64,000 bases of DNA, from positions 1-64,000 of the forward strand of contig OZ025692.1 of NCBI GenBank assembly GCA_964019335.1, read 5' to 3'. The notes under the pieces are model-generated. The model saw only the letters and a program-made list of their open reading frames with translations, did not search any database and was not told the origin of the DNA. This document shows positions 22,301 to 37,300 of the stretch, piece by piece (within the stretch, counting starts at the first letter, position 1; each line of letters opens with the position of its first letter). Source of the DNA: Diplonema japonicum. Lineage: Eukaryota > Protista > Euglenozoa: Diplonemea. A program made the position numbers and the translations under genes.

Positions 22301-25300
22301 TTCTGAACTTGTAGCATATGATAACATCTTGGCTTGGCAATAAAATGCTAGTCTGGGGTGATGTGGACGAAGGTTCTCTGACAAAGTCCGCATTCAGCAC
22401 AGTGTCAGCAGAACAATTAGCACCAACAGCGTACCCCGCTTGATCCTCGCCATATGCAGACGAGAGGTAATTCCCTCCAAGGAAGACTGCCGAGATAGTA
22501 GACTTCTGCACTGCGTTACGTGGTACGACAGAAGTGGGAAGTTGTGTAATGTTCAACAAGTCGCCTACCTTATGCCAAATGTGCGACGCGCCCTCTAAAC
22601 GAACACACACATACACCTGTCTTGTAGTGGGTATCGATATTGCCACACTGACCGACGTGTTAGACTCCACCTGCAGCGAGTGGATCAGAGGTATCTGCCA
22701 ATTAGTGAAAGGTGTGCTGTCATAGCATGATGCATTTTGTGGGATTACAGCAACCTTGTGCTTTTTTACATCACTCACCACGTGCCCGTGGAAGACTGCC
22801 GACATGCGCACTCCTGCCAGCAGGTCACTTAGCCCAGTGGCATTGTATACTCCTTCAATTACTGCAATAGACCCAACCTTCAACCATGAACCTATATACA
22901 GCGTCTCCAGGGTTCTCTTTTCGACCTTGTAGCAGAAGTCCATCTTCGGAAAATAACCTGCCTCAACGAAAGTGCACTCCCCATATGTGTCGTTTACCAA
23001 CACTGGCTGCGAAACCTGTGTCACTGTGCCTAAGGCTTGTCGATCGTTATAAGCATCCTCACACCCACGGTGTTGCTCCACTAGCATGCATAAATCTGTG
23101 CTTGGGCCGTCTACAAAAGATAGACCTTGGCCCCATATCTTTAGCACCACAGACCCACCACGCACCACAATGACAGGGCTTGTTTGGTACGAGAGGACCT
23201 TAGGGGCTATGATGTCAATAGGGTGGCCTACTTTAAACATGGGCGATGTAGATGATGCTTGAAAGCAGATATCCACTGTTGTGGCCACCTGAACACTCAT
23301 TGTTGCCATTGTGTGCGTGTCATTAATCTGCGTTGTGGGGTACGAGTACCTCGACGAGCAGTCTGTGAGTGTGGGAACCCATGACACGCTTCCTGCTACA
23401 GGGCTCGTGAGCACGATGGGGAACTGCTCCTGCACGAACAGTCCAGCAGCAACATCGTATGAAGCTGGTCCTGAATAATGCACGGTTAGGTTCCGTGCCA
23501 ACTTTGTCCACTGGAATGTCTTGTACTTGTAGCACAGCTGGTAGGTACCTGCCACAGTAGGCATCCAGATGGGGCAGACTGGTGTCGTTTCGCTGCTTTC
23601 TAAGAACATGCCCCTGCTAGATTCACAAGAAGAACCATACTTCACAACGGAAACACGATCTTCGGCTGTCGTGGACAGCGACTCACCTCCCTCAAACAGG
23701 ACTCGAGTATAAACGGAAGCAACGGCATTCAGTGGGTAAAAGCTGCTCGGAAGTCGCACCACACGAACCACATCGCCAACGGGATGCCAAGGACCGCCAC
23801 CTACCTTGAAGCAAATCACGTATTTGCCAGGGTTGAAGAACGTGAACCTTCCATACGCTGTGCTGCTGTTTGCTGCGACTGCTGATGTGACTGTTGCTGT
23901 GAATGCCGTTGATGTCTCGTCGCACGTCTCAGTGTTTGGGATCCACCCGAACTGATGCTCGTGGGCCCATGTCTTGAAGCCACCGCCGTGGAAAGTGATG
24001 TTCATTGCTTGGCTGATCACAGGATCGGGGTATTGAAGAGTGAAGGAGGCCGCTGACGGTAGTACTTCTACAGCGGCGCCAACAGGAACGTACACACCAC
24101 AGCCAGCAACAGCGTAGCAAATTTTGTATGTGCCAGGTGTCGCAGGCAACCACTTCATTGACGTTGCGGCATTGTTTAAGATGACAGGCGAAGAAGTGGA
24201 CGTGGTGCCCCAGCAATCATACGGTGCCTGATAAGGAACAGACACTATAGAAACCCTGTCATAAGCAGTGAGTCCTAGCCCTGTAAAAGAGAGAGTCACA
24301 GCGCGCCCTACATAAGTACCATCCGTCACATCGTAACTGGTTTCGACTACAGACGCCTGCCCTTTCGGCTTCCCGTTGCAATCCCATTGCGATACCCCTG
24401 TAAGCGTTTCTGTGATGCTGTACAGTGTAATATTCTCCCACGTTGCAGTGCTGGCAAGCTGATAGCATATCTGAACGTAAGGCTCTGGCGGCGTCTCGTC
24501 TAAAGTGAATGACACGGCCACAGTCGTTCCACTCGCGTCGTGCTTTGCATCTAGCTGCCGCAGAGACCCAACATCACATCCAGGCCCGTACTGGTAAGCT
24601 ATCTTATCGTCGGACGTCAAACCATCACCACCAACAAGTGAAAGCTGGACAGCAGCGTTCCTTGGTAGGATTCCTGGCCCTTGCGGGGTGGCGGTTATTG
24701 GCAGCATTTTAACAAAGAACGGTATAGTAAGATCTTCTGGGAGGCCACCAAAAGGCCTGTAGCATATCGTGTAGAAACCAGACTGGTTGTATCCACCCGT
24801 GGTCCACTGCAGCGTTGCAGAGTCGACAAAGACAACGGCATCAAGCGGCTCACAAGTTTGGCCATGAATAGCCCAGCCCACTAGGTCTGCCGCTGTCAAA
24901 AAGGCCCCCGATAGTGTCACCAGTGTATTACCGCCGTTGTATGTAGGTGTGCTTTCGAAGCTGTACGTCTGTATGCCAACCTTCCGCACCTTAAAGTATG
25001 CGAACTTAACCCACACCGCGTCATGCAAGTAGCAGAGGTCGAAGTCCCCCAACTCATTAACAATAGTACTATACTGCTGTACTGTAGATGTCGACGTGCT
25101 TTCTGCCCACGAGCTGCCAAACCCTGGGCAGTCGGCACCACGAGGTACATGGCGTACATCAGTAGACGCTAGCGAAGTACCTGTTATTGAGGCAGTAAAA
25201 GTGCCACCTATGTACCCCTCAGCCGGAGAATAGGTCACTGAGTCAGGGCCGGTGTGGATTACAGTAATCCTTCCTATCCTCTTCCAAGCTCTGTTGCGGT

Positions 25301-28300
25301 GCTTGTAGCATACATCCATCGTGTTAGATTGCGATGCTACACTGAACACAAAGCCTATGTCAGCTACCGTCAGGTCGACAAAGACACCATCCCCATTGCC
25401 TTGTGCCAAATAGCATGATACTCCTACTTCAGCAAGTACCGCCTGGTCGGATGAGTGCATGTAATCTCCACGGAAACGTATTTCAGTACTGACAGAACTA
25501 CGGAATACCGTTGGTGTGAAAGACACTGGGGCCCTCCCGACAGTGAGGCTTGGACCTATCTCCGGCCACCATGTGCTGTTTACCTGAAAGCAAAATGCCC
25601 AACTGCCAGGTTTAGCAAAGCGCCACCAGAAAGACACCATGGTCGAGTTGGCCGAGAGAAGCGGTTTTGAAATAGTAGCGTGTGTCCTGTTGCTGCAATT
25701 ACCCTCGGAAGTGTGTATAGCAACCAATGAGTGTGACTTGTGGAACAAGGAACCATTCATTGTGACTTCAACAGCATCGTCTGTGATGAGAGGGTGCTCG
25801 GGGTACGTGGCATAGCTGATCGCCACCACTTCGCCAGGTAGTGCGTACCATGAACTCGATTTGTTGTAGCAAATGATTATTGGTACATCGCTGTCTATCC
25901 CCGACAGCTGCACAGAAACGAAGGTACTATTGACAAAGTTTAAACCTATGACATGATCAGCAGCCACATCAGAGCATGTAGTATCGCGTGTCCATGCAAT
26001 AGTGTCGTCAGGAGCCATACCGTACCCCATAATGTCAACAGTGGTGGGCGCATGCTGTGTCGCTGGTGTTGGATATGACGTAAAATTGTGCCCACCGCTC
26101 CTGTAGACAGTTAGAGGGTTCCCCACCCTGACCCATTCAGGGCTCTTCGCGTTGATTGGGTCATGCAGCGTCACACAAACATCAAACTGCTTTTCATAAC
26201 TTCCTATATCTCTAGGTACCACCACCGTGAACACCCCATCGCAGCTTGGGCACACACCCAGCCAAGACACGATAGATATCTCAGAAGGCACACACTCAGC
26301 ATCAGTGAGCACCAAACCCGCACGGGCCTCGCCACCGAAACCAACGCCTCGCAGCGAGACGGTAAATGGGTTTTCCATCAACGGGAACAATTTGCTTTCA
26401 TACGACACAGCACCCACTGGCAACACAGTTAAGGTATCTACCTTTTGCCAAGAGCCGCTTTTGTATCTGTAGCACGTGGAGTAGGTCCCAGGGTCAAGGT
26501 TAGCAACGAAGTCTACGGTAGGCTCACCAGAAGAACTCATCGAGGTAAAGGTTCCAAAGAAGGCTGCACTACTACAATCAGCAGTTACCGAACCAACTGC
26601 CCATTGGTCACTTTCAGTCAGAGACGATCCGCCCCCGAAACGGAGCAGAGTGGACGCAGTGCTCACGACGTTGTCCGGAATTGAGAACGAAGGCAGCCTA
26701 CCAACCACAAGCACGTTGGTGTTTATCTGTGCCCACTGCGAGCGGTACAGCTTATAACATAACGTGTAGGTGCCCGGTTCTCCCATCACAATGGAGCCAC
26801 TGACATGGAGCTGTGTGAACGTGATGTCCACAAAATGAACATGAGCAGGCAGTGTCTCATTTTCTGCTAGTGTGAAGTTCGCTCGCTCATATGTACTAAC
26901 GAGGTCGCAAGACGCACCTGGCACAACAGCAAACAGATCGTTTTCCAGTTCTAACGAAAGGCCACCGCCTGTTATGAAAAATCTCACAGACTCGCCCGCC
27001 ATTGGGTTTATGGGGTCCGACCGCCATGAGATGGCGTTGTAGGCAACCGTCACGACTTCATCTAGTGGTTGCACAGTGTTGTTAAAGACAACACACATGG
27101 TGTAGGTGCTTTCGTGCTTGAGAGTCATTGATGCGTACATCAAACTCGCTGTCGTGGGAATGGTGACAGACTTAGCAGCAACTCTGCCACTGCATGTCTC
27201 ACCACTGTCTACCGTAAAAATGTTGTGGCCTTCAGATGTATCAAATCCCCTGCCCTGGATGGTGATAGAGAAGCTCTGTCCAGGAATCGGCGTACCGGGT
27301 GTGGTCGTGTAGTCAGTTACCACTCCTGAAAAAAGCATCAGGGAGCCACACGGCTTCCATCTGGCACGTCTGTATTTGCAGCATAGATCTACAACATCGT
27401 CGCTGGAAGTGATTGTAAGCACTGCAGCAAGGGCTGCACCCTTCTCTGCGACACCGCTGCTAGTGGTCGCATCCACCGGGCACTCTCCCACAGGAGCCCA
27501 CCCGAACGCATCGTATATGCTCATCCCTTCCCAGCCATAGAATGCGATCTCTTGTGGCGAGTCGCGGGTCGCACGATTGGGCAAGTTCCACGTCGGAAGG
27601 CTGCCTACATACAACATGTTGCCAACCTCATAAAAAGGACCAAAACCGCCACTGTAGCATATTCGGTAATACCCCGCTTCGGGGAATACTTGCAGTGTCC
27701 CTGTTAATAACGTCGTATTTGTCTCATCTTCGAAATTGTACTTCGACACTGAGTGCACTGTGCCCATGCATGTACTGTTGGAAAAAGCCCAGCCAACCAG
27801 CGGTACTTTTGCATGTGGTAACGGTACTGCTGGATGGAAGTTGATGTGTGACGTAAAACCTGCCAACGGCGTCTCAGGGTCTGTGATATAAAAGACGGGT
27901 GTTGTTGTGACCACAAGCTTAGACCCCAGTTCGGCGCAGTAGGGAGTGCAGTAGCACAATTGCACTTCTTTCACACCTACCGGGACTGTGATAAAACCAA
28001 CCACAAGCTCAGTACTCTCCACGTGGGCGATGTACTTCGGAGTGACAGACGACGCGTTGCACGAACTGCCCCATCTCACCCAAGCAACTTTATCGCCATA
28101 ACCAAGACTAGGGCCTCTGATATTCAACCTGATAGGCCTAGCGCTAGTTGGGTACGTCGGAACAGTCGTGTAGGACATGGCACTGTCCATAACACGCGGC
28201 TGTCCAACAACCTTCCAAGGCTTTCCATAAGCACTGAAGCATATATCGATCACATCAACTCTTGTGGTGTTAACGTACAAGATGCCTGTGACTTTGTTGG

Positions 28301-31300
28301 CTTCAATAGATGTTATGAACCCCGCAGTGTTTGCAGTTTGACACCCTCCGGCAAGTGACCATGCTATTCTGTGCACAGCAGTGTCCCCAAAGAGGAAGCT
28401 ATCGAGTCCGCCGCCGCCTCGGATCGTAACTACTGTATCAATGTGCCGCACAATGGTCTCAGGCATAGCGGAATACGGGTGCGGGAAAGTAAACACACGA
28501 ACATCGGGCACACGAGCGTTATAACAGTTCTTTAACGTCCGCCACCCATCGTCCGCCTTACCGGGGGCCAGGCGTTCAGTGTTTACACGGTAGCATAGAC
28601 GGTACTCACCATGCTCAGGGAAGGTCAGGCTAGCTACAGCAACCGTGCCCGCTGTATCCACAGACAGGACAACATTATTGACCGCAGCGTTCTCTATTTC
28701 AAGACATGAGTCGCTCCCGTTCAGAAGTGCAAGCTGCCGAGGTATCGCTGCTATTCTGTCGTAACTTGTAAGCCCAGAACCACGAAGAATGACGCGTGAC
28801 GCTTCTTCGCTTTCTAGGTATGCTGTTTCGAACTCGAACTCGGCCACCCCAGGCTCCACCTCAATAGTCGTAGGACGTAACAAACCGAAGAAGTCCCATT
28901 CATGAGGACCAACACGATAACACATCTCAAACGTACCGTGCGAAGGAAGGTACATGCAAGACCGGGCCTCAAAACGTGAACTAGGCCACGAGTGACCCAT
29001 ATTGCTATATGCGGGATAATCCCCTGCAATCGGCCACGCAGACTTGCTGAAAGCCTCTACATCCAGCTGGCCGCAAGTATATCCGAAACCTCGTCGGTAA
29101 TGTGGCGACTGTGGTCCCGCGGCCACATATGACACAACTAAAGGGTTTATGGAAGGGCTCGGGTTAAAGAAAGGTGTGCTAGCATCATCACGGCTCCTCC
29201 GGCTGCTGAACAACATCTTGAGATTACTGTAGATAAACTCGGAAAAGCTCAGCAGCTCATCCTTGTTTGAGTCAGCACGTATGAAGTAAGCATATACTTC
29301 CGTCTTCTTCGGAGGAGTTGACCATTCGAGAGTGAGCAGATGCATCGCCTCCTTCACAACCAGCTGCCCGTCGTGGTCGGCATCAACATAAATAAAGAGC
29401 TGCACTGCCTTGTCTACAGCTGCAATGGTATAGTTCCCTCCGCTGCCGTCGGACTGCTGCAGAACCTCGCCTATGCTAACGATACCGTTACCATCAAGAT
29501 CAAGGTTAGCGAACAATGTCTGGGTGCGGTACAGATCGGTAGCATCACCATGGAAGGCAGGTGGACTTGCGCCTAAACCACAGCAACCGGAAACACGTAA
29601 AAGTGATACGAACTCGTTGAAATGCAAGGTACCATCTTTCGGGTCACTGTCATAGACATACAGCATGTCGATGCTGGAAATCACGAATTCAGAGAACTCA
29701 ACAGCACCCGAGCCATCGTAGTCAGCCAGCATGTACATGTCGGTGTACATGGCGAGCGACGAATTAAGCAGCTCCCATGCTGTGATATTTCCAGCGTAGA
29801 AAGGTTCGCGTTCTGTGTTCAACTCCACAAAGGCTTGGATCAGGTCATCGAAGTTAGCAGGTCGCTTGTACAACGCTACAAGATCAGCACCGAGGAACCT
29901 CACGTCGCAGTACTCATTGTCTGTCAGTTCATTATTTGCGTGATACAGTGCATCGGTTAAGGATATTCTGCCATCGCCAAAGTGGTCCATGTCGCCGATC
30001 AGCATAGACGTGTTAAAGGTGTCTGCCTGTGGCCCCTGCATATAAAGCACTTCCTCGCTTTCAAGCTCGCCATTACCATCGATGTCGTACTCATAGAACC
30101 AGCGCCTTATCCTTTCTGCCACCGTAACATCCGCGTAGGGATGGGGTATTATTTCCCACAGGTCGACAAGGCCATTTCCGTCCTTATCGAGATACATCAC
30201 AATGTCTTCCGCCTCAGGCACGCTCGAACCATTCGTAGCATTTAACAGCATGTAGAGTTGTGAGCCATCCAAAGTCTCTGTTGCTTCAAGAAATTCAATC
30301 AGCAACTGTGTCACCTCCTTGAGGTCTAGCTGAGAGCTTTTGTCCTTATCTGCTTTTACGAACACATCAGGGCTTCCCATAACCATCTCCCATAGCTCCA
30401 CATAACCAGACCCATCGAAGTCAGAGGCTGCGAATGTTAGCCCTGTGGCTGTGCTTGTGGGTGAGTACACCTGCGCTTCACTCAGCCCGATGGCATCGAT
30501 AGTGTTCAAGGAGTACAATGTAGCCTTGTCCCCGTACCAGCGCATAAGGACGTGAAAATGAAGTGGCCCATACTCAGCCAGTCCAGACCCCAGCGTGTCG
30601 AAGCACATATAGCCTGGTCTGTACTGGTTAGCATCGCAAGAGGTGTAGTTGTAAGCTCCCTCCATTGTGACGAGGACACTGAGGGTGTCCAGCCGCTCCC
30701 ACACGTTCAACAGAGCATGATGATAGCATATCTGAAGGTTGCCTTTCATCGTGAGGTTTAACGCTGCTGACGACACGCTGCGGAACCCCCAGTAGAGCGG
30801 TGGGTTGAAATCATTCAGATCGACGGCAACGGGGTTCGATATGTTTCGTGGCGGGACCTCCGTGGATTCCAGTCCCAAGGCGGAAAGGTAGTTGGGGTAG
30901 TGTTTCACCGCCAAAGCATTGTGATCCATGGTCACGTCGTTGCAGTCTGTCCCCTCGGCAACATAATTTATGAAATCGAAGGTTGACAACCACGTGCCGA
31001 AAATGATGAATTGCTCTTCATATCCGTGTGACAGGGTGTAGTGCCCCTTTGCGTGCACCTCCCTCGGCTCCACCTCCGTGATGGTAGGAGCCACGATGTC
31101 CGCCTTGCCACCAACGTCAAACCACATGACGCTATTGGGGTATGGCTCGGGGTTAAGACAAATACGCGTGTGCCTTGTGATATTAGTCTGGGTCGCAGTG
31201 ATCGTCATGATATGGTGGTCCTGGTCCAGTCTGGTCGTGAGGTTCATGGGCGTCCATATCCACCAGTTGCGGATAGTGCCATGCTCATCGCGGTGCATGC

Positions 31301-34300
31301 AGTCCTCGTCGAACCGTATCTGCATGTCATCATAAAGCCCTGTGTTCTTCACGGGGAGCTCGTACTCGTAATTATGTGCAATTGTCAGATTCGTGACCCA
31401 CTTGGTGATGTCACCATAGAACGCGTGGTAAGTGATCTGTATCTCATGCAGTTCCAAGACGCTTATGTAGAAGTTTGTATTTATCCTGAAATCACCTGCC
31501 ACGTCACTATCGACAGGGTGCGGCGAGGCTGCTGGGTGGTCTATCCGTGAAGTAGGGTACTCAGAAAGGCACATGACGCGCTCCGTCGGAGCATTGACAT
31601 GGGACGACGTCAATGCGATTGTCGCGTTGGTGTAGTACCCATCTCGAAGCCCATACATGTAGGTGAGAGGAATCGGAGTTGCCTGCCCCGTCAGGAGCCC
31701 AGTAGCGTTCGTGGGGCAGCTCGTCTGTCCATACAGCATCACTCTGTGATGAGCAAACATACCCCACCCTTGCACCTCCATCGACCCGTTGTAGCCAAGG
31801 TATACAAAAATTCTGTCGCAGTATTTAACACCCAAGCACTTTCCCCTAAAACTAGGTGCCCTCCATAAGTTATCAGAAGACCCTGGTTCATATGCGGGGT
31901 TGGGTATTATCAGCGACGGCCCTTGGCTGTACTTCAAGTTGTCATAGTTGTTGATCACGGATAGTACGATCTCTATACTCACGCGTATCCCTGACCTGTG
32001 AAAGTATCTGCTGGGGTATGGGTACACCGACACACACAAGTCTAGGTCGATGCTGTGTTGCAGTGTTTGCGCATGCGTAAGTTGGAATGAGGCATCGTAA
32101 TTCCTTCCGATCTTTCGGTAGAAGCGCTTCCTGCCATCCCTGCGACCCACAAGGCCACCAGTACCATCTCTGCCGCGTCCTTCGTCGATATTCTCCCACC
32201 ACCACCCCGAAGACGGGGTTGAGTAACTCGTAAGGTTCAAAGGCGTTTCAAGTCCTTCAACATATGCGTTCTCACAGTCGTAAGAGAGTTTCATGCGCAT
32301 CTCAGAGCCATGCAGCCCTACCCCGTAAAGCGTGTGGTTGGTGGTTGACCCGTACGGTATGGACAAGTACCGGGTAGGTGCCCCGAACATGCCTGTAACA
32401 GTCTCAGCATATACAACAGTGAAGTAGTTTCTTGTGTAAAAAATAGCAAAATCATCACACACGGTAGGATCCGTTGCCGCCCCTTTGCTATTTCCCCTGC
32501 AAGATACTTCCTCCCAACTGTCTCCGTGCCTGCAGATAGATATCCTTGTCGTGTCATTCACGGACAGGCCTCGGTTGTTGAAATACACAGAACCTGTGTC
32601 CGTGTTTACGTAGCAACCACGGGGAGCTGCACTGCTGTTGTACTCTTCTAGTGGAATCCCAGCGGATTCAGGAAGAAGCTTAAGCTGCTTTGCAGCAGTG
32701 CTGCACTCGACGGCAGTTGTGATGTACGATAGTTCAGCATTGCACCCAACGGTCTTTACATAACCAGTGTCGAGGAATCTCTCCGCAGTTTTTCCATCTC
32801 CTTCTGAAATGCACATTTTCAAATATTCGATTGGTACTTCGGTGTGCAAGCCCGTGATGTTCAACTCGGCATACGTCCCATTGAAGCCAACGTTCGTTAA
32901 AAACATAGGAGACCCTACCCCTGAAATGTCCAGATCATAACCGCATTCTTGCTGAAACGAGACCCGGTGCCAAGGTTTGAAACCGTGCCCATGGACTGTC
33001 AGAGTGGGAGTATTGTATCTATAGACACGTGTGTCCTCACCTATGTACCTGTACACATCATACACCTCCACGGCGTTGACCCTGATGGTGATGTCGATGG
33101 TGATGCCAGTGTCTAACCAGTTGTATTCAGAACCCTCAGGCCATAACGATATGCACAACTTCAATCCAAGCGCATGCTGATAGGTCTGTGCAGTGCTGAA
33201 CCGTACCCAATGCCTACCTGTCATGTTGGTCACGTTGGCACCAGCACTAAACTCGTAGAGGTTTCCGTATTGGGTTACATTCATACAGCTCCAAGCCATC
33301 TTCAGCATCATGCCATCTTCAAGACCTACGCCACTAAGTTCGTGCAGTCCGGTGTCGCCATACGGCACCTCAAGATGGTTCGTTTTGATTGAGTCCCGGC
33401 AGGATCCTACGCAAATGTGCTCGATTTCCACCACCGAGAGCCAGATTCCAGAGTCAATCCCAAAATCGTAGCCCGAAGCGTCCTCTGAGACGCAGATCTT
33501 CATGCTCTCGAACGGGTACGCAACGTGGATATGAGCTAAGGTCATATTTGACTTCAACCAATGATTGTTGATTGTGTCCTCCAAACCAGTGAGAACAATA
33601 GGTGTCGACCAGTCGCCCCGCCCACCAGGGCCGCCATCGATCATGTCATAAGTGGCATTGTGCGTGCATCGGGGGAGGATGGCTGCACGTACCCACGACT
33701 TCATACCATGACCCTCGATGTACAGTGTCGTGGCATGCCCTTTGTAAACGCGAACCCTCTCTCCTGACCGCGCGGAGTAGCCATAGGAGTACACATTTTC
33801 AAATTTGATTTGGACGTTGAGTCGCAAACCGGTGTCAAAAAACTTCAGATGCGCAGCAGGGTACACACTCAAGCAGACCCGCAGAGGTTCATCGTTTGAG
33901 ACGGTTATCACATGCTGCAAGGTCTGAGCTGGTGAAAAAGTTACAGTAGCATGGAGTCGGTCATCGCCATCCCCGTGCACTGCAAGCCATTCTGTCACAT
34001 TACTTGGTGTTTCAAGCCCTGTGATGTCTTCATCACACGTGGATGAGAAACTAACGAATTTCATTCTCGTGTCGTGCCTCAGCCCCACGCCAGCCAGCCT
34101 GTGGCTCGATGTTGTGGCGTATGGTACCACAAGCAATGTTGTGTTGTCAATAGTCTTTAGCTCCATCATCGTTGCGTATATACCAATGTCGATACTAAAG
34201 TCCCAGAACATGTCTGTGGAGGCGTACCCTCTTTGGAGCCAGTCGAAAGTGCGGGGCAGCAAATACCCCGTATTTGTATCAGCAGGAGACTCATACACCC

Positions 34301-37300
34301 CAGGATACTCAGACAAACAAATCTTTCTTTTGTTGAAGCTGGACCACACTTGGCTTGTAGTCAGGTTCACCGACGCCATGGTCGTCCCGTTCGTCTCTAG
34401 ATGCACAGGAATGATTGTCAAATCGCGTCCCCACCTTACGCTACCGTCGTGCCCCCTTGGAGAATATGTGTGTGGGAAGCGCGCACCGCAGTATGGGAGA
34501 ATAGCCAGTCTCTGCCACGGGTACATCCCTACGCCTGCGAGGCTTATGGTAGTGGGGTACCCTGTGTACAACATCACTTCGTCGCCTGTGGGATTCCAGA
34601 CGCTGTAACTGGCAGCACTTGTCACTTTTACTAAAATAGACATTCTGCGACCAGTTTCGAAGAAGGCTCGCGATGGCGATTTGTAAGGGGACAGGCATAC
34701 CAGCAGACGCTCGGAGTGCTGGAAGGACTGAGTTTGTGTGAAAGTAAACGAACCGTTGTAACCGTTGTAGTCTGCGGGACCACCATTGACATACATGTCA
34801 GACGTGAAAGCGAGGTACCTATCAGCCTCCAACGAGGCAGACATATTGATAGGCGTCATGGTGCCGGTCACAAATTCATCAGCTGTGTCGTTGCAAGCAT
34901 AATGAGCGAATTTGATCTGCATAGCATTGCCCAGCAGTGTCCCCGTCAAGTGGTGCGTCGATACAGATCCGTAGCTCACCCATGTTTCTGTAAGGCCATC
35001 TATGTAAGCCAACTCCACAACACCCAACTCCCAATTTCTGTAGTGGATGCTAAAGTCCGTTCCCTGCGCGTACTCGGAGACGCACAATAACAGTCCTACA
35101 GTTGACGTGTTCACATGCTCAAGCAGGAGCTCTACATCAGCACCAGTGGTGTTCATCCACGTCTGTTGATCAGACGACAGCTCATACGTCTCCCCCATGT
35201 AGTTCCCGAGGTTAGTGAGGTAGATGGGGGTGTGTTGCTCGTCATAAAATGACGATTCTTTGCTGCACTCAGGAAGGAACGCAACACGATGTTGCCTGAC
35301 ACCCGTCGCTGCTTTTTCGTTCCCCACACCTGACAAGAAGGTCCCGTCCGACTTTAGCATCCTGTCGCCATATGCACCATCGGGGGGTACCTGCGTGAGG
35401 TCGCCGTAAAAACCACGTCCCCAGAGCCTCAGTGCTGTAGGGTTTCCTTTGTACACAAAGATCTTACTCCCTGGCAGATGATGGGTGTCCCATGCAGTGA
35501 CACCCTGAACGTCGATCACCGTTTCCACTTGAAGCCCCGTATCAATAAAGCCCACCCCGTCGTTCCACAGCTTGATGCAGATGCGCATGTCTGTCTCGTG
35601 TCTATCAGTCTGGTCATGAGTCAGCGTAAATTTGGCCTGCGTGTTGTAAAGGGATCTGTACGCAAGGTCTATAGATGACGCACTGCCAGCATGATATGGG
35701 TAGCTCTCGGTGAGGTTTGCAGCGTACATGAACGAGGTTTGGTTGTATTCATCAGTACAACGCTTTTCTATTTTGATCTGCATATCAGGCAGCAAAAGGG
35801 TGCCAAGTACATGATGTGTGGTGGTGGAACCGTAAGGAAGGGACATAACATGCACTGGATTGTACCAGAGAGTGTCGTGCGCCCCACCTATTGCCCGTGA
35901 GATCTCTTTCAAGCGAACAACACCTATCTCGATCCACATGTCATCAGCGTAGTCAGCAATTGAGAAATCGGTGCCAGTCGAGTACTGAGAAAAGCAGAGC
36001 CTCGCACCCCAGAAGGCCTCCCCGACGTGTGATGTATTGATCCCAATCTCCGCCTTGACACCCATTCCTAGGTGCGCGTAGTATACCTCGTGCCCCCATG
36101 GCACGTTGGACTTCAGCCATGCTTCCGACCTGCCTTCATAGCGCGACTTAACAGACACCAACGGCATAGCCTCCCCGCGGCCTGACAAGTTTGCACTTGT
36201 GCTGCAATCATCTTGTATAGACACTCGATGATGCGACCACAGCCCGTCTCCAATGATCTCCAATGTCGTCGGCTGCTGGTAGTAAACCCTCACCTTGTCT
36301 AGCGAAAGCACTGAATGCTCGTATGATACTATGCTTTGCACCTTTATTAAAATAGAAGCATTCAGCCCTGAATCCACGAACGTCGTTGAGGGGTAGCCCC
36401 ACACGGCAACGCAAATTAACAGTTCCCTGCTGTGCTGGAAGGTCTGCTCTCTGGTTACTTGGAACGCGCCACCTGACATCACTTGGTACACATTAGTACC
36501 AACTTCCATTACGGTATCACATATCTGGTCATTGACCACGCAAACACAAGCACCGCTTGTGATCGAGTGGTAGAAGATAGAAGAGCAGCTAATATTGGCA
36601 ACAACGTGACCAACGCAAACACTGATATCTGTTGTCGTTGGTAGTACAGTCGTTGTTTCCTGCGTACCACTGCAATAGGTGTTTGGATACAGCACAGTGC
36701 CCGTGGCATCCCACCTTCCTCTGTCTCCAGGGTACCCCACCTTTGTGATATTCATAGGCGTATTCAACCCAACCACAGACGAGTTGCCGCACCCTTCTTG
36801 CGCTGTTGCAAACTTGAGTTGCATTGTTGGCAGCACCATCGTCCCGTTGAGGAAGTGCGGCGTTGACTCACCATACCGCAGGAACATCGATGTCGACCCA
36901 TCAACGGCTGTCAGCTCCACTACCGCCATCGTGAACTTGTTGTACTTATCGAAGATGCTGAAGTCCTGTCCAACTGCATACTGTGAAATGCACAGCTTGA
37001 GACCTTCCGTCGCACGTCCCGTGTGCCTTGGCAACAGTTGTACCTGCGCGTAGGTGCTGTCTCTCAATCCCGTAAGAAATATCGGATCTGCTTGGAGAGT
37101 TGTATTGCCCGCAGTATCATAATGAGGCAAGTACGTCAACGACGGTACAGAGCACTGCCACAAGAGTGCAACACGCTGGTGCGCGTAGAGACCTTCGCCT
37201 ATGAGTTCCAGAGTAGGGTTTGTCCCCTTGTAAACAAGCAGGTAACCTGCGGGGGCAGGTGAATAATAAGTAGAGGACGCGAGGTCGCTTCTAGGTACTG

